Positions 39,401 to 54,000 of a DNA stretch of 64,000 nucleotides are shown piece by piece. The DNA is from Tubulanus polymorphus (taxonomy: Eukaryota > Animalia > Nemertea). The notes below the pieces were generated by a model. That model was not told the origin of the DNA. It was given only the letters and a program-made list of their open reading frames with translations, and ran no database searches. Location of the stretch: contig NC_134033.1 of assembly GCF_964204645.1 (NCBI RefSeq), forward strand, positions 11,912,655 through 11,976,654, given 5' to 3'. Within the stretch, counting starts at the first letter, position 1. The number at the start of each line of letters is the position of its first letter. The translations under genes were made by a program, and so were the position numbers.

Positions 39401-41304
39401 CCGCGTATGCATCTCTTTACCCTTGCTGACATATCGTCGAGGTTATTATCATTGCACCTATTTGTTTGTGAGGGGTGAGAGAGACGAGGGAAGAGGGGGC
39501 AGAGAAAAAGAGGAAAGATCAGTGATATTGACGAGGGAGTGAGTGACAGTGGGAGTTGTGAAATAGGGCAGTAGAGAGGGGTGGCCACTTTTATTTGATA
39601 CGCTCTTTCACGGACTATTCCCTGACATGCAAGAAAATGTTTTCCCTGACTTGATCTGCTAAGAATCCAATCAATTAACACAGTCAAATACATAAGACAT
39701 TGACATTGATTTTATGAGCGATCTAGCAGTCTCAACAAATTTCCCTGACCTTTCCCTGATTTCCAGTTATATGACTTGAAAAAGCATTAGTGGGGAGGGA
39801 TAAGGGCGATAGAAGAAAAAGTTTAGGGAGAGAAGTTGAAATCGGGGGGGGGGGGAGGGAGAGGTGAGAAAGGGATGTAGTCGGGAATTGGGATATGAGT
39901 GGTAGGACGGGAATAGCACATATGATCGTGAGGAACAAAGGGTGAGAATGGTAGATGGGATTGCGAGGAACAGATAGTCGTCAGAGTGGATGAGAAAAGG
40001 GTAGCGAGAAGACATATATAGGGAGATGGAAGTAGAATGGGAGCCAGGAAGCGGGTGGGATAGGAGACGACGACGTAAGCAAGATGCAAATAGCTTACAA
40101 CCTTATTTGCATGTTTTAATAGTATAGATAATTGTGATAGCGTTGCAAGATGCTATAAACGTTCGTAAGATATAAATCTTTGATACCCGCTGCGTCATGA
40201 TCTACGAGTATTAAAACTTCACCGTATGGAGGAAGTCAGCGCGTATAATCACAATATCGCGCGCGTTAAATTGCTTAGAAAACGCGAGTGATTTTTTTGC
40301 GGATAAGATCATTCGATCAGCTCTATGAATGTAAACGATTCTATTAAAATAAATCGATGCGATTGAAAAACCTTTTCGCACGAAACCAAACTCAATGAAA
40401 GTCATAGTCTTAATACTGATCAGTCTGTGACCTGAAAACTACTACGTATTAGATACTTGATACTTCCTTTATTACAGGAAACATTGTAATAAAGTATATT
40501 TCATAACTCTCTGATTGAATTTGATGAATTTCAATAATTATTCAGGTAGATACTTTTGGGTTGACTTTTTTACGAGGAATCTATCATTATATTAGAGAGA
40601 ATGTGCCTTATGTCATCGATATATCGGGACTGGACGGGTTGCCGGTCAAATCAATTCAATTATCGATATATTCAAATTCAAAATAACTTTATTGATCCTT
40701 AATATTATATTGTTAATTGTCGACAATATTAATAAGTATATGAATAAATTTTCAAGGCGTCAAAAACGTTCAAGTTGGTTTTCCTGTTATATGAAGTGTT
40801 CTCAATGTGAGCTACGTAAAATGACTGGCATTTTCATTTCTTTGCCGATTTCGACGTCTCGAGTCTCCACGATGAAAAAATAGATTTAACCGAAGCACGA
40901 AATCGAGCGATTCTCTCGCGTGGAGGACGGCGAGGAGGACGATGAGGAGGGCGGCGACGAGAGAGAAAGTGTTCAATCTAATCGAACCGTATTAACCCGC
41001 GAATCGACTTGGAAACCTCTCAAGATTATTACCACAATTGACATCATTCGTTCATTCATTCACGTTGAATGAGATGTGAACACTCGCGCTCACTCGTTTC
41101 CACTCTCTGTCCCCCTCGGCCCGAAATCGTTAAATTCTTCCCCAGATAAATTCCACTCAATAGATATTATCGGCTCTACGATACAGATACATATGCCGTT
41201 GACGTGAATAAATTGCTTTAATTATTGATGATGATGATGATGATGATATGACACATGTTCAAATGTCGTCGTCGTTAACACTGATCTAATGTATATGCAT
41301 TGAA

Positions 41305-41630
41305 TGGTATTGTTTGGTATAACATGGTTTTGTATTGAATGGTTTTGTTTCGGCTGGCATGTTATGGTATTATTTGGTATAGTATGGTATGGTATTGGTA
41401 TGGAATGATATGGTATGGCATGGTATACTATTGTATTGGTATGGTTTGGTATGGTATTGTATGTTACGGTTTGGTAGAGTATGGCATTTTATGTTACTTT
41501 ATTGTATTTTGGTATATCGTATGATACCATCTGAAATTGTATGGTACATGATGTGTGTATGTTATTGCTGAATGTGTAATGGTATTGTTGAATGTGGTAT
41601 GGTATTGTATGTTGTGGTTTACGGTATGCT
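41305..41630. repeat. Degenerate (TGGTA)n pentanucleotide repeat; similar tracts at ~42575-42780 and ~43145-43210
   Basis: tggtatggtattgt runs, which generate spurious W/Y/G-rich ORFs. Confidence 0.85.
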
Positions 41631-44600
41631 ATGGGTGCGGTAAAGTTTATTGCAAAGCAATACGTAATAAATAATCAAAAACAATACGATAAAACTGACG
41701 GTTTCTAAATGAAGAGAACAACACATTATCAATCTTTCTCCACAATAAACATACGCCTTTTCCCTGTCAGCTGTCTGAGATCAACAGCATCTTATGCATA
41801 CAGAATAAACCTCTATATCTCGACCGCGTATCAGACGAATTCGTTTAAAAATCTGCTCTACTCCCAACACAGTCATGGGTGGATCAGGTATTTGAGTGGA
41901 TAATTAAGGTTCGTGGGTGGATCATCGAAAGTACCGAGGTGGATCAGGAATAGGTGCCACAACTTACGTTTATTTCATTCAACATTTGGCAAGCCTAAAA
42001 ATGGCCAAAGGGAACGTCGAGACTTAGATCGTATTTATTCAGACTAGGTCTTACTAAATTATGCGACTTGCTTAGAAAAGACTCGCTCGATGAGAGCGGT
42101 ATATACGTGTACCTGCCTGGTGTCTGATTATTATCAACCAAAAATAAAAATCCGCCTAAAATGTGCCGCCACTTTTGCAAAATAAGAGAGAAAACCCTTC
42201 ATGGAATAGAACGATGCTGTACATTAGCACGATTCTCATTACGATTCGACGCAGTAATTACAGCAGTGACTACTACGACTAGGGAAGCAACAGAGAGAGT
42301 GAACTGCTATAAAATAACAATTGTATGATAATCGAAAAGCTATATATACATATATGCATGGTAGATTCTGGCAGGAGTATTACTCTTTAAGGAATGACCG
42401 CAATCTATATGTGTCTCCAGAGAGTACGACAGTTATTAACCTGTCTTCTGAGTATAGTCACTACATAGATAGATAGATAGATAGGTACATACATATAGAT
42501 CAAACCAGAGACGGACTGGGGCAGAGATGATGAAGTGAATGAGGGCGGTTAAGGGAAAGTGAAATCAAAGATTGTATGGTGTTGTTTTGGTTTTGGTATT
42601 GTATTGTTTGGTATGGTATGGTATGGCATTGTTTGATGGTATTGTTTGGTATAATACGGTATGATATTTTTTGGTATGGCATGGTATTGTTTGGTACAGT
42701 ATGGAGGTAAAATCAAAGATTGTATGGTGTTGCTTGCTACGGTATGGTATTGTATTGTTTGGAATGTTATGGTATTGTTCTATGAGGACTCTATGTTCGA
42801 CTGTGGCAATAGAGGGTTCCACTTGTGGCAAGCGAGGATGCAGCGAGGATCCACCAGGTTCGCTAGTGTGCACTCAGACATCAACCTCTGGATTCTTCTC
42901 ATATTCGATTAAAGTCTATCCATAATTTCTCAAATTCTTTGAATGTGATCAGTAAAAACCACCTTAAATATGAACCTTAAGATCATCTGAGTTTATCAAA
43001 ATGAGTGATTTGCCTAATTTCTGACGAGGGAGGCTAAAAATCTAGATGAAAGTTCATTGAAAGTGAACTAGATTTTGACGTGGTTGTCGCACTGTTACGC
43101 ACACCATCTAGCGGGATAGCTGGTGGCACGAAGTCCTCATTGTACAGTATGGTTTGGTTTAAAATGGAAGATGGCATGTTATTGTTTGGTATGGTGGTAA
43201 ATGGTATGCAAAAAAGAGGATAAAAGAGGTTGGGAGAAATCTGTTCCACTTGGTTCATTAATGAAAGCTCTCTACAATGTTGTTGTCATTTAGGACAATT
43301 TAGAGCCATTTAGAATAGGACACAGTCACATAGGCTACATACCGAAAAAAAAACTTTCCAGCGCTCAGCAATCCATACACGGGAACATTGAAGAATATTA
43401 CCACTAACAGTTATCAATCACTGTTGCATAATAACGGGAGGCTTCGTAAAACGATGCCCAGATATCAATCTACTCGGGGAATTTCGCGACCGTCGAAAAA
43501 AATTTGTAGAAAGGACAGCCATCAATTTTCATCAAGCGCCGAGAGAGACGCGCGGCTCTTTTTTACCGGCGAGTCGGAATCGCTTTTCTAGAAATGACGC
43601 GAACAGTTACGAACGCTTAGGTCATTACTCTAAGTCATAGCCCGTTACAGCGCTGAGTGGAGCGGGTCATTTGTCAAAATACTTGTCTCACTAAATCGCG
43701 GCTATCAAAAGTAAACATTAATACCGCTGTCAATTTACAAAACGGAACGGAATTTATAGCAGAGTTTATATACCGGGGCGGATCTGAAGAAAAGGCATGC
43801 CTCAGATAAAGCAGCTACGAGCTGGAACCACCGTCGCACTTCGAACGAAGAAATACATAGCAAAAGATTCGAAACTGATGACATCGCTCGACTCAGCTAC
43901 GGCACGAAACCCTGCCACACTAGACCCGGTGCACAGGTTTGCACAAGAAAACTTGCTGCACCAATCTGATAGCTCGTTGTATAATCGCTGAGGCAAATTT
44001 CACGGATAAACTATAACTGGAAAATCTGAGGCTATAATAATAGAACGGGATTTCTGATTGTCTAATAAATGACATCACCTAAGCTGAAATGGGCAATAGA
44101 TCATGAAAAGGGTGCATTTGCATTCAGGCCCATTAACTTGTCTCAAGCATACAAATCAACAAAGCCTAAAGCAGTCAATATACTGAATATGGCTTATATA
44201 TTTTGAAGATTTTCAAGGGCAGGATCCCTACCTTCTGGTTTTTACAGTGAGCATTCAGTAAGAGTCCAATCAGGGATAGATAGCTTGATAAAATATGCAA
44301 ATAGTTCCTAATCCTGGTTCCTACATTCTACATCGCATCAAAATAACATACAAATCATAGTGAAAAAGTACATATATATGTGAAATACCAGCAAAAATAA
44401 AATGTATTTTTGATAAATCGTATCAAATCAAGTTCTAGATTATTCTCGAGGGACGATGATGCTTTATTACGAGTTATCGCGATACAACGGAGAAATTATT
44501 CGTTTTTAAAACTGGCAACGATGAAAATCCACTTGTTTGTCATCATCAGAGGAGCAATTTAATTGAATTCGCTCGGCTTTCAATGATCACTTCATAGCTG

Positions 44601-45809
44601 CTGATATTCCCAGGGGCTGATTTCCCGAGGTTTTGAGGCTGTTGTGAATGTTCCCGATTTCGAGGCTGGTGATATGACTTAATCGGAAAAAAATGTGCCC
44701 TAAAACCCATCAGCATTTTGCTGTACGCATCAGATGATATGAAATATATTTTTATATCACATAAAATCGGGCCAGCCTTTGTTGGCCAGCTGAAACCAGG
44801 AAAGTGTATTTTGAACGGGCCTTTGCCAGAACCAAAGAAGCGTTCATGCTAAGCCGCCATCACTCAAGCTTTTTTGACCCGAACCAACCCATACAGACTA
44901 TTGCCACATGGGTCCCGGCATGCTGGTTCGACACGGGCCAAATTTGGCAAAACCAAATGTTAGTATAGGGTCTATGTAAATGCCTACTGGTTCTGGAAGT
45001 GACTGCATCATCAGTGAATTCCTTTGCATGCAATAATTTATTTTCTGAGAAATTTTCTGGTTGAAATAAGAGCGATTTCATACGCTGGTTTGAGAACTAT
45101 CCGATCTATTTTCCTCGATACAGGCAGGAGCTCAGCACATGTGCTTCGGTTTTAGACTTCAAATGTATAGAAATATCAGTGAGAATATTCCAAAATATGG
45201 AAATTGAAAATTCTTAAATGAACTCTTGTAGATTACTGTAATGTAGAATATACAAGAAGAACATTGAAATATTACTTACCTAATCAAGTATTCAACGCAA
45301 TATGAAAATAGAAAGAACATGGAAAGATATATTAGTTTTGTAGTAAGATTGAATATCTTAAGATTTTGCAGTGTTGACGCTACGATGTGTTAGCCTGCAG
45401 CCTGCAGCCGGTAATATTTATCCGCACAACTGAACAGAAAATGAAAACTCAACTGCCATCTATCATAACACAGCTCTACTAAACTTACAACTGTTCTCGG
45501 GGTATTTGTGCAATGAGAGGGTGTAGTAGTCGTACTGCATCATCTCATGATCAGATCAAAATAAAACTGCTAACACTTAAGCTTGTGCATGAATTCTGAG
45601 ATCCACCGCAAATGGCATAGAAAGTGAATCAAAATAATTTGACGGAACTTTTCTTAAAGTTTTTTTACAAATTATCATGATTTTTCACAGATTTTTCAAT
45701 TTTTCAAGCAGACATCTATTTCTAATAATTGTTCACATAAAATCAATCTGACTTCTGAAATATAGATGAATTCTATAAACACATAAAACGTATCCACAGA
45801 TTCTAGTAG

Positions 45810-46132
45810 CATGGTTCCCACAGTTATATGAATTCAAAATTCCAATGTTTTTCCCAAGTACTTCATGGGTGATTTTTAATTTTTTTTTAAATCAACACAT
45901 ATCGTCATGCTACAGTCAACATTTTCGCGGTGACTGGTTGATAAATATGATTTTCAAGGGGAATTGCTGAAAAAAGTAGCCCTTGGCAAATGCAATATGT
46001 GAAATGTAATGAATTTTACCAATTTCCCTGATTTGAGGACAATTTTTCAAATTCCCAAATATTTCCAAACTGGGAATTACTATTTCAAAATTCCCAAGTT
46101 TTTCCCAATTTCCCTGTTTCGTGGGAACCATG
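45810..46132. mobile_element. TIR MITE
   Basis: TIRs catggttcccac / gtgggaaccatg. Flanks tagtag / cagtag form a near 6-bp TSD. Internal ttccc motifs. Confidence 0.65.
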
Positions 46133-47116
46133 CAGTAGAAGCCTGTCGCAAACTTTCCCAATTTTGCTAGATCCGCCGGGCCATATCACTGGTCGAGCAA
46201 GTGATCCCAAAAAATCAGGTGAAAGTGCACAGATGGGAAATCAGACTGATTTATCATCAGATGATGTCCAAACACTCGCACAAAAATCAGCATTGATCTA
46301 ATAGGAGTTTCTACCGCGATATGAACAGATCGCTCTGATAATCCCCACTCTCTCTTTTCAGTAGATCGTGAAACATATCGTGAAACTGTATAGAGATTTA
46401 CCTCAGCAATTCCATTAACGTAAATTATATTATTGGAAAAATACTGACAGTTCGTCGACGAGATAATCGAATCACAGCACTAAAAAACATGCCAATTTAT
46501 TAGTATAAACGTATTAACAGCAGCGGAAAAACAGTCAAGGATAAAAATTCGGATTTTCGTTCGTAGAGTAAACCCACTATTCTATGATGTGCCACCATCT
46601 GCAAATTTCAGATTAGAAAAAGTGCTGTCAATTAAAATCACGTTTAGTTATGTTCACCATCATTGTTTGCGTTGCTAGAAAATGATGTCATGAAAGTTTG
46701 AACGACACAATGAAACTGGCAGATATGATTTAGCCTCTTTTCTGACATAAACATATATTCTTCCATATAGAAAATCATCATTCACTCATGAAATTTTCCA
46801 GTAAAATCACCGGATCTGCCATTTGAATACTAAAAACAACTGTAGGTGGTATTTCGATTGATTTGATGGAAAAAAGGGCCACCAGAAATACATGAATATG
46901 GCCCCAGTCTTAAAACTTAAGTCTTAAGAAAATACTAGGTTAGTCAGGAAAAAGGTTAAAGCTCATATGGATGACATAAGAGTCCATGTGCCCTTCTTAG
47001 AAATCATTTCTAGGCGTTTCCTAGGGTCAAAGTCAAATTCAATTCATTTTATTTTGCAAAGCTAGATCCGCTTCAGAAGAGAATATTTTTGAATTGGAAA
47101 TAAACCCTAAACTTAC

Positions 47117-47242
47117 CCGTCTTTCGGCGGATAGATGTTTACTGAGATAGTATCCGGTGATGGCGCACGCCAACGTTAAATTACAACTCGTCGCGCCGAG
47201 CGTGTTCGGTCGGCGGTCGTTGTCACGCCGATGGTGAAGCAT
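47117..47242 (-). CDS. Candidate alternative first coding exon of CASK (42 aa)
   Basis: ATG-initiated open frame ends CGG|GTAAGT in phase 0, within a CpG-rich island. Confidence 0.45.
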
Positions 47243-50200
47243 TGTTACGCGTTTCTCGAAGGCGGTCGCGAGAAATCACAAATATCGCGATCGCGGTTCA
47301 TCGAAGAATAAACGTAAAATCTTGAGAAAATATCGAATATCTCGTGTCAGTTTAGAGAAATTATGGGCGATTGAAAGTTCAAGTTACGTCTGTTTGTTAA
47401 CGTTTTTTTGCATCAGGTGAAATACGACGAAATACGATGAAAAGTTAATTACATACGATGATAAATGTGAACGATTAACTTTTCAATGCCGTTTATCATC
47501 GCGTATCTAATTACAGTAGACGGTCTAATAAACTCGCTTCAACGCGTACACGAATTCCGGAGCAGACGCAGCAGGTACTCGTTATTATCACGATGAATTG
47601 GAGTAAAAGAAAGTTTGTCGGTAGCACGCGATAATCCGCGGCCTTCGAATCTAGAAGGTTAAAGGAATGAACTGTGACTTTCTCACTGTATTTCGTCATT
47701 CCACCTGATGATGATGATGATTGCTGAAATTCTCGATAAAGTCTTCGATCTTTTAAAACAGCTTGTTTCAGTAACGTGAATCCACACGAATGATGTTACC
47801 GCGCAATAACCAGTTCTAGTGAGTTTCGGTTTTAACAACGCGCCGATACAATGTCTTGCCGAACGATAATAAATCCGACGTGCGATGCACCAACGGTTTT
47901 AGGAGACGTCTGCGACTTCCCGGTCGGAATTACGACACGAGTTTATTCGTAGAGAAAATAATAACACGAATATAACACCGATGACGAACTGAACGCCGAG
48001 AACGTGGTGGGTATTATATGAATCGTGGTCGGCGGCGACGTTTCCATCTCAGAGAACGATTACTGAACCTAATGCAGGTATCAATACGTGGCCTGCAGAC
48101 CCCGGCATTCGATAAAATGTCACTTAAAGTCTTGATGATCGCTTCATGAAAGAATGATGATAAGAGATGTCTGGCATTTGTAAAGCAGTTTAAACTGCTA
48201 TGTTCTACATTAGTGAAATCCTATAAGCATCAGAAGACTGGACGATCCCTTCTGAAAGTCTGTTTAATGAGGGGTTTTTGTTCTTAATTTCGTTAGTTAA
48301 TTTTCATTATCATAATGTCTCAGATGAGATTCTGAAAACATGTGAAGCCCGGAAAACATTTTTTCCTTAGACAAAATGTCGCTCGATATATACAATGTAT
48401 ATATACCATTCAAGAACTTTTAATTTCTAGCTGATTTATTGCGGGATATTTCTGATATGTCCAGTATTCTTAGTTCATTTTCATTTTCAATCACACAGCT
48501 GAAATGCTGATCGAAAAATTGGATAGAACTGTGACAAATTATCGAATATTAAAGCGTACAGGCAGCGGAATGATACCTGTAGGATGAACATTTAACAATA
48601 TCCATCAGTCATACGGAACAATAATCCACGTCCATCGCGGATAAAGAAATGGCTAAACTTAAACGCGTGGGCAACGAGTTTGCGATGAAAGCAAAAATAT
48701 TGACGATAACCGCGGCCATCACAGAACCACTCAGACATATGGAGCGCTCGGATAAGAGGTCCTTCAAAGAGTCTCAGCTCTCGGTTTATGTAATCACAGC
48801 GATGAACAATATTTGATCGGATCAATAATTCAGATTTCAGTATTACACAGCGTTCACATTTCCATTAGATATGACACTAAACTCAACCCAGACCTAACCC
48901 GGTCATCATAATGAATGTCATAATGACCTGGTTAGTTCCACAGTTTTGAGCGTTTTTTGAGAGACAAAATTGATGCTTTTTAAATTTTCAACACAATGAA
49001 AACTAGACACAATGTTCCATCCATAAGGTCCATCATTCATATTTTACTATACTGAATTTGACCCAAATGCCAAATTACAAAACTAGCTATCCATCCAGCT
49101 ATCCATTTACAATCAACATTGAACCAAATTTTTAGGCTGTTTGGTATAGTTTTCATCGATGATTGACCAATTACTCAAGAAAACTGTTTTATCGATCTAA
49201 ATTCAAATTTGATGGGAATAAGGCCGGTTATAACTACAAGCAAACCTGTCAGATCCTCACTTGCCACAAGTAGAATCCTCCATTGTTTCAGCAGACGACC
49301 ACGGTTTCCACTAAAGTTATTCGCAGCTTAGGCACTTACTGCTGCCTAACGAAACCAATTCAATTCCCGCCGAAGTACGCTCGCTCGCAAAAATCTCTGC
49401 CAACTTAGGTCACGAATCACATCTCGAGAGCAATTTGCCGAGTATAATCGCGATATTTGATGTTGTTGACTAGAATTATGATGAGTAGTTATTCGACGCG
49501 CTATTCATCGATGACTGAAATCTGAACGAGATGCTAATTTTCACGGCGACGATATCGCTCCAAATGAAACGAAAACGAACGTAATTCCAAGCGAGTAGAT
49601 CTACTTCGAGGTTGAGCAACAAGAAACAACGTTTTCATCGTGATTGTTATGTCGATTTATCTGTATTTCAGAAGCTACACTACGATGCCACTGTTGAAAA
49701 TAAAGAAGCTGAAAATATCCAGTTTTAGAAGATGCACAACGCGGAACTCTATCATTTTCCAAGTTGTCACCCATGTAGCACTTCTTACAAAAGCTACGAT
49801 CATACAGAGAAAATTTTGCCCAGGTCAAACTGGCTCAGTTCAAGTCTCTGAGTCAAATTTGGCCCATGCCCAATTAGAGACTGCATTCACTCATAATCAA
49901 ACTGCTATTGAAATGACGCTGTGGCAAGTGAGGTCCAGTTAGCACACGCAGTATGTAATAAATTCAACCTCCGCTAAAATTTGGCACAGGCCTGATACAT
50001 ATTTGGTTGGGTCGAAATTGGCCAGCGCCTAACAAGGCGAGGGTAAGCCAAAATCAAACTGACACCGGCCAAAAACACTTGTGTAATCGCAGCTCAAGAC
50101 CTGTATAGACTGAACATAAAGAGAAAGTAAAATGAAATACTCCCCTATTGCTTAATACTTCAGAAAACAAATACAGCTGCAATTTCTCAGATTTGTAGAG

Positions 50201-50815
50201 ACACCTGTATTAAGCATTACTTCCCGACTATACAAACAGACTAAACTGCAGAGTCTTAATCCTACGATTGCGTGTGGAAATTTATAAAACTTACTCCGCA
50301 CGAATTGTGCCAAATCAAACCGACACAAATCAACAGACAGCGGGATAATCAAATAAAAAATAAATCCAATTTGAACCTGGCGGGGATGGTTATGGTGGAA
50401 GAGCTTCTTTCTTAAAGCTTCTTCTCTTGCCTTCATCACCGCTTAATCAGAAAAAAATTCTTGAAACTGCTGAATAGTGTTCAGTGGCTGGAGGCATGAA
50501 ATAACTCCACCAAAACCACATTCAAAAATTCCAATTGATCGAGATGACAATCACATTCAAAACTACCTTCAATAGAAAGAATATATAGAAATTGGTTCGG
50601 GCTATACTTTTACCGCGATCACATGGAGACGATTTGGTCCGGACCAAATTGGCACGGATCAGGTCGAGCCGAATTTTGGCACGTGCCTTATTAGAGAGCG
50701 CGTTCACACGCAATACACTCGCTTGATACTCGACAATGCTTAAACAAAGCGAAGTGAATCGCTTCCAGAATCAGTTGCAATTCACATGCAATAATTTAGC
50801 CCCTGCTGAAATTTG

Positions 50816-51058
50816 GCTCGAGTCTGGTGCGCGAGTGTGATCGCAGCTCGAGTCTGGTGCGCGAGTGTGATCGCAGCTCGAGTCTGGTGCACGAGTGAGA
50901 TCGCAGCTCGAGTCTGGTGCGCGAGTGTGATCGCAGCTCGAGTCTGGTGCGCGAGTGTGATCGCAGCTCGAGTCTGGTGCGCGAGTGTGATCGCAGCTCG
51001 AGTCTGGTGCGCGAGTGTGATCGCAGCTCGAGTCTGGTCTGCAAGTGTGATCGCAGCT
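50816..51058. repeat. 30-bp CpG-rich minisatellite, 8 copies
   Basis: Unit gctcgagtctggtgcgcgagtgtgatcgca, nearly invariant. Confidence 0.95.
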
Positions 51059-54000
51059 AATAACTAGACCGGGACTTGATTCATTGATTAAAAAATTCTA
51101 CCAAATGAGAAAATGATTTTGAATAAATCCAGACTAATCCACTCCATAGAGCTATAGGTCTATGATAGCTCGACTTGATCCAGTAAAGAAACTCCAATAA
51201 CCGGCCAACAGGGAAACAATTTCAGAATAAATCCAAAATAATCCAGTTATGGCTAGATCCAGGATAACTGGATCTGGAATTCAATGATTTGGAATAAATC
51301 AGAATTCATCCATTGTCTAAATCGCCAAGATCAAGTCTATGATAAATATATCTGAAACCGATCTGCCAACGGTAAGAAATAGATCCAATTCACTTGAGCC
51401 TGAACAACATCTTCTGATCGATGAACTGAAATGTATCGCAATAAATCCAATTCATTTGAGACGCATAAAATAGACGGTGCGCTTCAAGGCGCAAACCTGT
51501 ACCGGTTTCGTTCCTTCTATCCGCTCGCTCATACACCTGCTCGATTTCAGAACGCGCAAAACTGACGACAGCCGATCATCAGATCATCATCGTGGGTAGT
51601 GTTAAAATCACAGCCTCTCATCACCAGCATACGTACCGACACGACACGGATAGCTCTCAACTCCTGCGGCGGCGATGTGAGAGATTGGGAAGTAAGAAAG
51701 ACGTAGTAGTAGCAACAGTAGCAGCGATTAACTTGTCAGCTCCAACTAGCTGTGAAATATCCGGTCATCAACAGTCATCAACTCGTTAGCACATCTTTAA
51801 AAAGTCGTTTATATCCGAGATCGATGGCAGACGCTTGAGCTCGCGGCAATCAGTTAATTATTAGAGTAGAATAGAACGCGGTCAAATTAACGCTTAATCC
51901 TTATATCATTATCCCTAGAAAATATTCACGTATCTTTTTTGTTCACGGTGACTATAACACCATTGCTAATATATACCAGCAAAAACATCATTAACTACTA
52001 TATAATTCAAAATCTTCAGTTTAAACTTCCTTGCCCCGAAGACCCTTGCTCATAAGTATTCATATAAAAGTCAACCATGTAAAACGGATTTAGAAAAATA
52101 TCAGTTTTCAATTTCCTCTTTAGGCGGTCCCAGTCAGCTGGGGCTTTTTGGTGAATATCATTATTTTTATTGCCCATATCGGTTTTTGTAATGTAAAATA
52201 ATTGAAACTACAAAACTAATATAATTGAAACTACAAAAACGAGTGTAGATTTTGTGGATGCCAATTTCTCTTCAAAACAGGTAGAAGAGAAAAGCCATCA
52301 ATCTTGCATGCGTTGACAGCTGAGATGTTGAAGAAAGATGAATAATTTCTTTTTATAGCAAGATACGCAGTTATAATTTTCATGGAAAATCTCAATCGAA
52401 GAAATCAGCGATCAAATTTCTTTCAGTGCTTACGATAATTATCTAATCAGAAAAAAATTCAAGGCTAAAGAAATGGATTTCTCGAGGCAGCTCCCTGAGC
52501 CAGGCGCACAAATCGGTAAAAGCCATGTTTCCAAGAAAAAAACATGAAACAACAAAACAATAAAAACTTCCACTTTTTATAGGCTTATACACTGTGAAAC
52601 GAAAACACATGGTCGGAAATGAGTTTTTAACTGTAGTCCGTGTCAACAGTCCAGCTCTAGTGGAACCAACGATAATCAGAGTTGTTGCTGTAATGAAAGG
52701 CGATCAAGGACAAGAGGAGGAAATCATGTCGGATATGGTACGAGCGCTGGTGACCGAATACTGCGATGACAGATAGAATACTAATGATGGAACACTGGTG
52801 TTGAACTAGTACAAGAATCTTATTGAGTGCACTTTTGCTCTGTCTATTTCATCTCTTTGAGCCCATTATCCCCAGATCTTCAGTTAGACTTTCAATGAGT
52901 TTAAATAAGGTTATTTCTGATTTGTTTTTAAATGAAATACTAAACAAGAACTTTAGAACTTTAGAAAGTGGATGAAGTCGAAGTCCAGTATCAAGAAGAG
53001 GCATGATGACATAAAAAACGTTGATGAGTTGAATGTGGTACTCGAGGCACACAATTAAAAGTTAAACATGTCCACAGCGGTATTTAGCATACTGTGCAAC
53101 AAGTCTTCTCATTCTGAAATGGATGTCGAGTTCAGCGAAAACCTGGATTGAATTGACTCTGAAATTATACATTCATCGCTTCGCACCTGCTAGCTGCGGC
53201 AATGATTCTATCATTTCTGTGAAAGGAAAAAATCAATTCCAATCGAACCTTATCTAATCTTCCTCGCTAGAGAACTGTGAACAGAATGTGTTTACAGCCC
53301 TTTGTAAAGTAAACATTGATTTTTTCATCGATAAGCAACACTTACTTCTATCCGACCTCCCTGCTAACTATCACACCTTACAGTAATAAGCACGTTTGAA
53401 ATACCGTTGAGTGGAAAAAATTGTAAGCAATGTTTCAGTACGTAATTGTGTTGTTGTACTAGTTCAATTTTGTACTTCTTACATGAGCACAGTTTGAGAA
53501 GCCCGATAAGTCTGACTTTTAAACCTCAATCAACACCAAATATTCGTTATGATACCATCTGTTAAGTGTCAAAACTGTGTCTACTTCAACATTAAATGGA
53601 ACTTCCTTACAAGAACGTAAGTAATCTATTCGTTATGATCAAACAATCATATACAAGAACCGCTAACACTATAGGATTCGAACCCATGAACCCTGAATCG
53701 ATGACCGACCTGTACGTAATTAAGTGCTAGATTATGCTGCCAACTCATGTCAGACATGATAAACAATGTAAAACTTTGATTGAAAAAATTATCCTGCATG
53801 GAGGGGAAGTCTGATGGGAAATATCCGGACTCAAGAAAAGCACTCTGTCATACAAGTAATTCATTAGGACTTTATGAATGTTTCGCTCCCATCACAGCTA
53901 TACCACCTGGCTAAAATATGATTGATGAAAAATATGATTGATGAAAGGTGAATATTTCGTGATATCGCTCTCAACACAGTTGCTAATAAAGCAACATCAA

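Noticed and set aside
41339-42925. Trp/Tyr/Gly-rich and Ile/Pro/Tyr-rich ORFs
   Set aside because: Translations of (TGGTA)n repeats.
49330-49365. Possible 6-nt microexon (ttag|GCAGCA|gtaagt, minus strand)
   Set aside because: Poor pyrimidine tract; expected by chance in a 45-kb intron.
50796-51067. Overlapping 10-aa-periodic ORFs on both strands
   Set aside because: Translations of the 30-bp tandem repeat.
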